A stretch of 64,000 nucleotides of DNA from Candidatus Poribacteria bacterium (GTDB taxonomy: Bacteria > Poribacteria > WGA-4E > WGA-3G): contig CBDBFU010000015.1 of the NCBI GenBank assembly GCA_965205025.1, positions 160,001 to 224,000 of the forward strand. The letters are read 5' to 3'. Positions 41,043-49,345 of the stretch are shown here, piece after piece. A program made the position numbers and the translations under genes. Each line of letters begins with the position of its first letter. The stretch's first letter is position 1. The notes beneath the pieces were generated by a model. The model was not told the DNA's origin. It ran no database searches and worked only from the letters and a program-made list of their open reading frames with translations.

Positions 41043-41513
41043 TTATAACTTCTCAATCTCAGCATCACACTTTGGACAACTATCCACCCAACTTAAACGA
41101 CGCCCTTCACCACAAACATCGCACGTGCCGAGAGGATACTCATCCGGTTTTGCACGACTGCCACCTTTTTTATAGGTTACGATTAACCACACAGTTTCTC
41201 CATCATCCTCGTAATTAAACCATACCCCTTCCTTTTTTCCATCGTATGATTTACCTACGTGTTGAGGGTAGACTCCTTTGGATCTCAGATTTCCATTTTC
41301 GTAATAAGTGATACAATCACCCTCATATTTTCCATTGCGGAATGAAGCCTCACCAGACTTATTCCCGTTTTTGTGATAATTTATCCACAGACCATCCTTT
41401 TTACCGTGAATGTAGCCCCCTTCACTCCGCTTTACTCCACTCGCATAATAGGTAACCCAATACCCATGTTTTTTGCCATTAACCGTTTCACCTGTGTCTC
41501 GTGAACTTGCCAT
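41043..41513 (-). CDS. MORN-variant repeat protein with C-terminal zinc ribbon
   Basis: Start placed at MASSRDTG by homology (ORF track 41573); CDVC...CPKC. Confidence 0.85.
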   Translation of the reverse strand: MASSRDTGETVNGKKHGYWVTYYASGVKRSEGGYIHGKKDGLWINYHKNGNKSGEASFRNGKYEGDCITYYENGNLRSKGVYPQHVGKSYDGKKEGVWFNYEDDGETVWLIVTYKKGGSRAKPDEYPLGTCDVCGEGRRLSWVDSCPKCDAEIEKL

Positions 41514-41625
41514 AATTTCACATCTTTTGCTGTGGAGCAGAATATCCGCCCGTTTTATTGAAATTTCTATCACAAATGTAATTCAAGGTACACGTATTGC
41601 CTAGTGGTCTGTCCTTACTCAAATT

Positions 41626-41655
41626 GTAGGTCGGGTAGAGCGAAGCGAAACCCGA
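41626..41655 (+). repeat. GTAG-REP-like hairpin
   Basis: GTAGGTCGGGT-AGAGCGAAGCGAA-ACCCGA. Confidence 0.55.
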
Positions 41656-41730
41656 AATTACTCCTGAAATGTTGTTTTATATAGGATTTCGTTACTTAAG
41701 CTACAATTTTAACATGGACTCTCCACTAGT

Positions 41731-43047
41731 TTATTTTACGATATCTGGATCAAGTTCCTTCGCTTTTTCAAAATCTGCTTTTGCCGCCTCCTGTTGTCCA
41801 AGTGCCTTTCTTGCAAGGGAGCGATTCCTGTAAGCCACTGCTGCGTACTCTGAATTTTGTTTGATAGCTTTATTATAGTCTTTGATCGCATCTTTATGAT
41901 TGCCAAGTTTGAACTTTGCATATCCTCGGTTAATGTATGCAGCTGCATGCTGCGGGTTTAGTTCGATAGCTTTATCATAATCACTTATCGCACCTTTATA
42001 GTCGCCAAGTTTTAACTTTGCATATCCTCGATTGATGTAGTTTACGACTCTTTCTGGATTTAGTTCGATAGCTTTATCATAATCACTTATCGCATCTTTA
42101 TGATCGCCAAGATGATCGCTTGATAACCCTCGATTGATGTAGTTTATGACATTTTCTGGATTTAGTTCAATGGCTTTATCATAATCACTTATCGCACCTT
42201 TATAGTCGCCAAGATTACTTTTCGCTTTTCCGCGCTTGAAGTAGGCATAAATAGACTCAGGGTCTAACCGAATAGCTTCATCTAAATTGGCTATTGCCTT
42301 GTCATAGTGTTCTTTATCGTAATTCATTTCTCCTTTAACGTAGTAGGCGTAGGAACGAATTGGTTTTCGTTTATGCCACTGTTTCAAAGACTCATTTGAT
42401 TCTGACTGCATAAGCAATACCTTGACTGTATTGGAGGGAATAGCATGGCTAAAAAGACCACTTTGACAAGCATGAATTCCAATGACTTGTCCTTTAATGT
42501 TTAGTACGGGACCTCCGCTACTTCCACTGGTAATATGAACGATCATCCTGAGCCACTTATCACTATCCCGTATGCTGTGTAGTGTACCCTCCGCAACATT
42601 GTACTTCCTCTCAGGAAATCCCACAACAGAGATAGGTTCGTTACCTCGTACAACATCACTATTCCCAAAAGGAAGTGCCTCACCTTCACCCACAACATTT
42701 AAAATAACAATGTCATTTTTTACATCAAACGCAGCAACACCTTCGACTTTCCAAGTCGTCTTTTTGTCTGCTGATTTCACGGAGACAGGTCCTGGATGTG
42801 CGATAACATGTATGTTAGTCACAACCTTGTTACGTTCCACGAAAAATCCGCTCCCTCTATACCGTTGAAAAAAACCGGGTTTGCTTTCTACCCTGACAAT
42901 AGAATTTCTGTATTTTTGGAATTCTGGGGTATTTTCAATAACCTGTTGGGAAGCCTTCGCGCAAGAAAAGAGAATCCCCAAGATGAGAACTCCAAAAAAT
43001 AATTTAAAGTACTCTTTCAAAACGTTTCTACAAGTATGTATCAACAT
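41731..43047 (-). CDS. Trypsin-like serine protease with TPR repeats (lipoprotein)
   Basis: Close paralog of 33306..34490 with one more TPR; LFSC, TNIHVI, NDI, GSSGGP. Confidence 0.9.
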   Translation of the reverse strand: MLIHTCRNVLKEYFKLFFGVLILGILFSCAKASQQVIENTPEFQKYRNSIVRVESKPGFFQRYRGSGFFVERNKVVTNIHVIAHPGPVSVKSADKKTTWKVEGVAAFDVKNDIVILNVVGEGEALPFGNSDVVRGNEPISVVGFPERKYNVAEGTLHSIRDSDKWLRMIVHITSGSSGGPVLNIKGQVIGIHACQSGLFSHAIPSNTVKVLLMQSESNESLKQWHKRKPIRSYAYYVKGEMNYDKEHYDKAIANLDEAIRLDPESIYAYFKRGKAKSNLGDYKGAISDYDKAIELNPENVINYINRGLSSDHLGDHKDAISDYDKAIELNPERVVNYINRGYAKLKLGDYKGAISDYDKAIELNPQHAAAYINRGYAKFKLGNHKDAIKDYNKAIKQNSEYAAVAYRNRSLARKALGQQEAAKADFEKAKELDPDIVK

Positions 43048-43237
43048 ATTTTTATAAATCTACTTAAATACCATAATATATCTGTATCATGATACCTGAT
43101 TTTATACAAATTGTTGAGTCTATTCGTAGTGTAGCATGAAAGTTTAGTTTTCAATTTTGTTAAAATGGAGGAGGAAATTCAAAGATTGGAAAGGAAATTG
43201 CGTGAATAGTGAGTTAGCGAAACATCACTATTGTTAA

Positions 43238-43333
43238 TCATTCATCGATTTTTACGCCGCTCGCATAGTAGGTAATCCAATACCCATGTTTTTTGCCATT
43301 AACCGTTTCACCTGTATCTCGTAAACTTGCCAT
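43238..43333 (-). pseudogene. Truncated MORN-repeat gene (31 aa)
   Basis: MASLRDTGETVNGKKHGYWITYYASGVKIDE*, near-identical to the 5' end of 41043..41513. Confidence 0.8.
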
Positions 43334-43353
43334 AGTTCAATTTCCTTATCAGT

Positions 43354-43836
43354 TTACAGGTTTTTATTTAGGTATTCATCTAAATTCTCAATCGTCTTTT
43401 TACCGATACCCTTTACACCATTGAACTTACCTTCATCTATTGCGGTTCGGAGTGATGCAAGACTGTCAATTCCAAGTTCGTCATAGAAACGTTTTATTGT
43501 TTTAGCTCCAAGTCCTGGAACAGGAATTAGTTCTACTATTGTCTGTGGTATATCACTTGCATATTCGTCTAACTTGGAGCATGTTCCAGTTTCAACATAC
43601 TCGGTAATGATTGTTGCGACTATATCCCCAACTCCTTGTATCTCTTCTTCTAAACGACCTTGTTCAACCAAATCTGCCACGGACTCCTCCATGCGAGAAA
43701 TTGTATAGGCTAAGCGTGGATAGCGTCCAGCATGTAGTTCTGGATAGTCGGCTACAATTAGAATAGTATGAAGTTCTATGAGTTTCTGTGCGATATCTTC
43801 GTTAGTAGGACGTTCGTTGTTTTTCCTTTCATCCAT
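43354..43836 (-). CDS. Stand-alone PolX N-terminal (8-kDa + fingers) helix-hairpin-helix protein
   Basis: NEDIAQKL, IQGVG, ETGTC, VPGLGAKTIKRFYDELGIDSL, VKGIGKKT; no palm or PHP domain. Confidence 0.85.
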   Translation of the reverse strand: MDERKNNERPTNEDIAQKLIELHTILIVADYPELHAGRYPRLAYTISRMEESVADLVEQGRLEEEIQGVGDIVATIITEYVETGTCSKLDEYASDIPQTIVELIPVPGLGAKTIKRFYDELGIDSLASLRTAIDEGKFNGVKGIGKKTIENLDEYLNKNL

Positions 43837-43944
43837 ACGATTTATTCCTTTCTAATTTACGTGAACTCCCATAAGCCATATTAGATTTGTTATGCGGAAT
43901 CTTCCTGTAGTTGTATATGGGAAGATTCAACGAACTCACGTTGT

Positions 43945-44451
43945 TTACAGATTTGCGTCAAGGTGTTCCTCAATCTTCTCTAAGGTTTTTTTACCGATTC
44001 CTTTGAACCCCTTAAGTTTACCTTCATCAATTGCACTCCTGAGTGAAGCAAGGCTATCCACCCCTATGTCTTCATATAGACGTTTGATGGTTTTTCCACC
44101 AAGTCCTGGAATAGGAACAAGTTCAGCAACAGTCTCAGGAATATCTCCAGCGTATTCTTTTATTTTCGAGCAAGTTCCAGTTTGCAGATATTCTGTAATT
44201 ATAATTGAGACTATATCTCCCACACCCCCAATTTCCTCAATCAACCGATCCTGCTCTACAAGATCAGCAACGGATTCTGAATGACGAGATATTATATGTG
44301 CCAAACGGGGATAACGCGTTATGTGACCTTCTGGATAGTCAATCATAATCAAAAATGTATACAGTTCCTGTAATTTCAGTGCGATTTCATCATTAACATG
44401 CCAACGAGTACGTCCTTTTTCATCCACATAAGATTCATTCTTATTATTCAT
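43945..44451 (-). CDS. Stand-alone PolX N-terminal HhH protein (paralog)
   Basis: IGGVG, IPGLGGKTIK, FKGIGKKT; overlaps the upstream WD40 gene by 8 bp. Confidence 0.85.
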   Translation of the reverse strand: MNNKNESYVDEKGRTRWHVNDEIALKLQELYTFLIMIDYPEGHITRYPRLAHIISRHSESVADLVEQDRLIEEIGGVGDIVSIIITEYLQTGTCSKIKEYAGDIPETVAELVPIPGLGGKTIKRLYEDIGVDSLASLRSAIDEGKLKGFKGIGKKTLEKIEEHLDANL

Positions 44452-45469
44452 TTCTATTCCACCTTAATATCTGTATTGTTGTATCCCATAATGCGACTGC
44501 TAAATACTTACCATTTGGTGAGAAGGTTAATGCCTGAATACCGGTTGGATATGTCTCCCATATTAGTGATTCACCCCCAGGTATTTTCCAAATACGTAGA
44601 TAACCTTTTTCATCTCCTGATGCCAGATAATCCATATCTGTATACTGTTCTTTAGGTGCGAATGCCAGTGCGCGTGTCCAATACGCCTCAAATCCAGACT
44701 TGTTAAGAAGTTGTCTACCAGTTCTTACATCCCATACACGAATACCTGATTTAGAATTGTTTTGTGTATCAACTGCAAGGAGTGATTCATCTTGAGAAAA
44801 CACCAGATTCCAAACACCAAGAATTTCCCCAGTATTGAAAACACGTAAAGGTTGTCTTTCGTTTTTTGAATTCCATACTTCAACAATCGTTTTGTGCCCT
44901 TCTTCATCTTTATATGTACCTTCAGCGGTGGCGATATATTTACCATTGTTTGATAGTGTCAAACCGTTCCTTATTGGCATAGATGTCTGAAAAGATTTCT
45001 GCGTTGAAATGTTATGATTATGAAGTTGCCAATATTGAAAGGTTTTCCCACCTTCTGATAGAACTACATGAAAACCCTTAATTGAAAGGCTTCCGGTATC
45101 ATATTTTCCGTTTGTTATTAAGAATTCATTATCATAGTCAAGATTACGGAGAGTGATATCGTCATTTGATTTTTGGATTAAGAGCCAATTTACATCTGAA
45201 GAATATGCAAAAAACCGTTTAGATTCAAGATGTCCTATTTCCCGTTTTTCTTTTGTCTTTAAGTCCCATTCTACTAATTTCCCACCCATTTCTTTCGTAA
45301 TCAATTTATCACTGTTTTTATTGAACACGATATAACGTGGAACATCAGGGAGTAATCTATCAAGAGTTGGTTGCTGTTTTTCACCCAGTTGAAACTCGGT
45401 TTCTAAGGTTACGCCATGAACCGGCAAACAGAACAGAAGAAATAGGATAGATAGGATGAAATATCTCAT
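44444..45469 (-). CDS. Secreted WD40 beta-propeller protein
   Basis: Signal peptide; IRVWD, LASGD..LRIW, TFSPNGKYLAV..DTTIQILRW. Confidence 0.8.
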   Translation of the reverse strand: MRYFILSILFLLFCLPVHGVTLETEFQLGEKQQPTLDRLLPDVPRYIVFNKNSDKLITKEMGGKLVEWDLKTKEKREIGHLESKRFFAYSSDVNWLLIQKSNDDITLRNLDYDNEFLITNGKYDTGSLSIKGFHVVLSEGGKTFQYWQLHNHNISTQKSFQTSMPIRNGLTLSNNGKYIATAEGTYKDEEGHKTIVEVWNSKNERQPLRVFNTGEILGVWNLVFSQDESLLAVDTQNNSKSGIRVWDVRTGRQLLNKSGFEAYWTRALAFAPKEQYTDMDYLASGDEKGYLRIWKIPGGESLIWETYPTGIQALTFSPNGKYLAVALWDTTIQILRWNRNE

Positions 45470-45473
45470 GGGA

Positions 45474-45510
45474 TAAAAAGTAGGGCAAGTGTCAGAAGAC
45501 CTTGCCCTAC
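45474..45510 (-). terminator. Intrinsic terminator (GTAG-headed hairpin)
   Basis: Perfect stem GTAGGGCAAG(45480-89)/CTTGCCCTAC(45501-10), followed on the minus strand by TTTTT; lies 17 bp after the Rieske gene stop. Confidence 0.7.
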
Positions 45511-45527
45511 GATATTAGTTTATAGTG

Positions 45528-47267
45528 CTACTCGTAAAGTTCGGTTGCGGTTTCACCTTTAGCAAAACGATGTGCAGTTTGTACAGCGGAGTCGTTTCCA
45601 GAATTCCTTCGTACATCTGTTGCCCATCGTGCTAAACCAACAATCATCTGATTTCTGGCAGGATGATCTTCACAGTAATGCCATTCTCTATCCACAATGT
45701 GAATAGTACTGAGTAGTTCTTCACCATTATCATCCTTAAGGATACATTGTCCCATTTCAGCCAGTAACCGTTCAGCATTGCATCCAGAGTTAAGATATTC
45801 ACGTGTCTGACGTCCAATTTCCTGGATACGAACAGATTCAATACCATCAATAATTGCATCAAGTGCGATATCTTCATCAAGGACTTTAGTAGATGAACCC
45901 TCTTTTGCTTCAGATATCGGTTGATGGCGAATGTTTAACCAACGATTAGAATAGAATCTCCAACCACAATGTATAAGTGCCTTCGCTGCGACTTTGGTAC
46001 CACCGAATCGGAGAACTTTTCTGATGTTGGCAGCCAATTCCATCTCTTCTTGTAAATCCCACCAACCCGGACTCATGTTTACAGGTGTTCTTGCCATTCT
46101 ATCAGCAGATGTCATGACCATGGTAGTAGCAATTTTATCGATTGATACACCCGCTGTCAGTACATCCTTAATAGCATCAAAGATTGTATCTATGTCACCG
46201 CTAACGAGATCAGCAGATAGTTGATCTTCGTCGAATTCGACATCTGCATCAGGATTTTTCTCTTGTGGTAGATCATCAAAAATATGTTCAAGTTCTTCTG
46301 CTTTTTGTATAGCTTCTCTGAGACGTTCACCCGGTCTACCTCGACCTTGTCCAAGAATCTTTGCTCCGAGGTTACAGACCAACTCTTCTGTTATCTCCCA
46401 TCCCCACTTTTCAAGCACTTCTGCTAAATGGCAAAGGTTAATTAGGTTTCGAGAGTGGCTGAGGAAAAACCATTGAGAAGCACATTCTAAGAATAGTGGT
46501 ATGAATTTATCTTCATGTCCACCTAATTGTCTTGCAGTGATAAGACATTTTTCAATACCTTCCCATTCTTTATCTGCAGTAAAAACCTTAATCCAATCTT
46601 CAAGTCTATCCCAGTCTACAGGTGGCGGTAATGGTCTGCGTTGTGGACGATCATTATGCCCACCAGCGGCATTTCTTGCAGCCATCATCAAGGGGATAAG
46701 TCTATCTTCCACATCATACATGTGGGCAACCTTAATTCCGTGCATGAGCGTTGCTATACGTCCCCCTCCACTTTCGGATGTCGTAATATGTCGTACCATG
46801 TGCCGTACCATGATTTCAAGCGTCTCATCTTCTGACACACCTTTGGCTAACATAATTGCAATAGCCTTTGAAAGTGTCCATCCATCCTGTGAGAATAAAC
46901 CTTCTTTCAATAACAGGTAGTGCGCATCATCACGTTTCTTACCACCACTACCAACATCAACATAGATATCACCATTGCGAACTTCGACAGGGAATGTAGC
47001 CAAGTCATCACAACCACCTGTGAAACAACCACCACCTTCCATATCATAACTCCAACCGTGCCAATCACACGCCAATACTCCTCTTTTAACATGTCCTCTA
47101 ACTAAAGGATACCCCATGTGCGGACACTGATTATCCGTTGCATAAATAGAACCTTCATGGTTAAAGAGGGCAATACTATGTCCTTCGACTCTAACCGCCT
47201 TCGGTTTCCCATCTTCCACCTCACTGGCGGCAGCGACTTTTACGAAATTTCCATTTTCTGATAACAC
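45528..47267 (-). CDS. Rieske [2Fe-2S] domain protein with a large alpha-helical C-terminal domain
   Basis: DNQCPHMGYPL...CDWH; about 460-aa helical tail; paralog of 49346..51082. Confidence 0.88.
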   Translation of the reverse strand: MLSENGNFVKVAAASEVEDGKPKAVRVEGHSIALFNHEGSIYATDNQCPHMGYPLVRGHVKRGVLACDWHGWSYDMEGGGCFTGGCDDLATFPVEVRNGDIYVDVGSGGKKRDDAHYLLLKEGLFSQDGWTLSKAIAIMLAKGVSEDETLEIMVRHMVRHITTSESGGGRIATLMHGIKVAHMYDVEDRLIPLMMAARNAAGGHNDRPQRRPLPPPVDWDRLEDWIKVFTADKEWEGIEKCLITARQLGGHEDKFIPLFLECASQWFFLSHSRNLINLCHLAEVLEKWGWEITEELVCNLGAKILGQGRGRPGERLREAIQKAEELEHIFDDLPQEKNPDADVEFDEDQLSADLVSGDIDTIFDAIKDVLTAGVSIDKIATTMVMTSADRMARTPVNMSPGWWDLQEEMELAANIRKVLRFGGTKVAAKALIHCGWRFYSNRWLNIRHQPISEAKEGSSTKVLDEDIALDAIIDGIESVRIQEIGRQTREYLNSGCNAERLLAEMGQCILKDDNGEELLSTIHIVDREWHYCEDHPARNQMIVGLARWATDVRRNSGNDSAVQTAHRFAKGETATELYE

Positions 47268-47420
47268 TTTATTCTTCTCCTTTTTTGCAAGAGGTTTCTA
47301 CTCTCACAGTAAACTTATTTCGAACACACATATTTATTTGTTATGTCTTCACTCAATTCAATTACAACCTATATTACTGGAAGAAATATGCCAATACGAA
47401 CACTGGGTGGTTTATCCTAT

Positions 47421-47987
47421 CTATGTTTCTGCAGCACCAATTCCACGTAAATACCTAATCGCACCACTGTTACCACTTTTTGAAGCAATACCAAGAGGTG
47501 TTTGATTCTGATAATGGCGTCGATCATTCATATCAGCACCCGCTTCAATCAGAATCTGTAACGTTTCAGCGTATTCCTGTTCTCTCCCTTCACCACATGA
47601 AGAACCACCAAATGCCGCTGCGTGCATCGCATCTAATGAAGTTGGATCAACTCCATTAGCAATGAGTAATTGGATAGTTGAAATCTGTGCATTATTTGCC
47701 GCCCAAGATAAAACCGAGCGATACCAGTTTGCCCCAAAGGCATTTATATCTGCCCCATGCTCAAGCAACTTCAGCACCAATTGATCCTTTCCATCATTCG
47801 CAGCGTAATGCAACGCTGTACTCCCTTTAACAAAAGGTTGTCCTTGTTTATCTGGACCCTCCCAGGTCAACTTAGCAATCTCTGGATGTGCATCAACGAT
47901 GGAAATACCAAGTGATTCCTCTTCATGTTTATATTTTGTAGAAAGCAATCTATAGAACGGTGATTTTTCATCGTATAACATATTCAT
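47421..47987 (-). CDS. Ankyrin repeat protein
   Basis: GSTALHYAA..LLEHGADIN, LIEAGADMN, QTPL. Confidence 0.9.
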   Translation of the reverse strand: MNMLYDEKSPFYRLLSTKYKHEEESLGISIVDAHPEIAKLTWEGPDKQGQPFVKGSTALHYAANDGKDQLVLKLLEHGADINAFGANWYRSVLSWAANNAQISTIQLLIANGVDPTSLDAMHAAAFGGSSCGEGREQEYAETLQILIEAGADMNDRRHYQNQTPLGIASKSGNSGAIRYLRGIGAAET

Positions 47988-48046
47988 ATCCTATAGCATT
48001 TGATAAATTGTAAAAAAACTGGATTTGCCAATACAACAGGTGTTGA

Positions 48047-49339
48047 TTACTTGTCACTGGATTCTAAATTTGACAAGTAATCAGCAACCGTTTTCCGCTT
48101 TGCTTTCTTGGCATAATCAAGGGGTGTTTTCCCTTCATTATCTTGAACATCCAAATTCGCACCATTTTCAAGCAACAACTGTATCTGGTTTTTACCAACA
48201 CCTTTCTGAGCAATGAAGTGTAAAGGCGTCTGTCCCTTGTCGGTTATTACATTCGGATCCGCTCCGTTTGCTAATAAACAGGCAATACCTTCGGTTAAAC
48301 CACGTTGTGCGACCCAATGGAGTGGTGACCACATACTACGCTTATGCTTTTGAAGAACATTTATATCCCTACCCTTCGCAATAAACCCTTTTAGGAGTTT
48401 ATCGAATCGCTTAGGTCCCTGACCAACAAGTACGTACCAATCTCGAAGATTGATTTCATAACCTAAGTCAATTAGTAGATCAACAATCTTCATTTGCTTA
48501 GACTGGAGTGCCACCTCAAGAAGTGGCATAGTAGGACCAATTTGATAAACATATACATGTCCACCGGGCACACTATATTCTTGTGTTCCATTAGAACTTG
48601 ACCGAGCAGGCTTATCGGATGGAATGATGTAACCTTCAGCAGCTTTCATATTAATCCTTAGTCTTAGGAGATCAGGATTTTTTTGGAATTCTGCTTTTGC
48701 TTTATCAACATCACCCATCACACAATAGAGTACTACATCCCCCTCTGCACCATTTTCAAGTAAGTAGCGACAGACTTCAGGACGTCTTCGCATCGTCCAT
48801 TGCACAGGAGTGCCATTATGGTCACGATCCCGTAAGTTGATATCTGCCCCGTGCTCAATTAGCAATTCAGCAATTCTGGGGGTAGCAGCAAAATGAAGCG
48901 GTGTCATGCCATCGCATCCTGGAGCATTTACAACATCCGGATTTGACAGAATCAATTCTTCAAGGGTATCAACCATATTTAATCCCGCTGCAGCATGAGC
49001 ATCTATCGTTGCGCCACGGTCAATTAGATATTCAGCAAATTCCTTGTTATATGCAAGCATAGACCCAGCTGCATGTTGTAAAGCTGAAGTTCCACCTGCC
49101 CACCAACTGCTTTTTACATCTATATCAGCACCAGCAGCAAGCAATACATCCACAAGAGGTCGATTGACGATTGAAGCTGCAAATACAATCGCAGGAGCGT
49201 CAAAACTGAACCAGGGTTCATTGATATACTCATGCAGTTCCTTGTTATCAGATAACAAGGATTTTACACGATTTGCATCACCTTTATTTACAGCTTCAAT
49301 GTATTCCGTACGAGGAAACAGTTGACCGTTTAGATTCAT
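48047..49339 (-). CDS. Ankyrin repeat protein
   Basis: GMTPLHFAA, LIEHGADINL, SPLHW, GQTPLH, GKTPLDYA. Confidence 0.92.
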   Translation of the reverse strand: MNLNGQLFPRTEYIEAVNKGDANRVKSLLSDNKELHEYINEPWFSFDAPAIVFAASIVNRPLVDVLLAAGADIDVKSSWWAGGTSALQHAAGSMLAYNKEFAEYLIDRGATIDAHAAAGLNMVDTLEELILSNPDVVNAPGCDGMTPLHFAATPRIAELLIEHGADINLRDRDHNGTPVQWTMRRRPEVCRYLLENGAEGDVVLYCVMGDVDKAKAEFQKNPDLLRLRINMKAAEGYIIPSDKPARSSSNGTQEYSVPGGHVYVYQIGPTMPLLEVALQSKQMKIVDLLIDLGYEINLRDWYVLVGQGPKRFDKLLKGFIAKGRDINVLQKHKRSMWSPLHWVAQRGLTEGIACLLANGADPNVITDKGQTPLHFIAQKGVGKNQIQLLLENGANLDVQDNEGKTPLDYAKKAKRKTVADYLSNLESSDK

Positions 49340-49345
49340 TCGTAA

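Noticed and set aside
21837-43047. Near-identical repeated gene segments as a diversity-generating retroelement
   Set aside because: No reverse transcriptase in the window, and differences between copies do not appear adenine-specific by eye.
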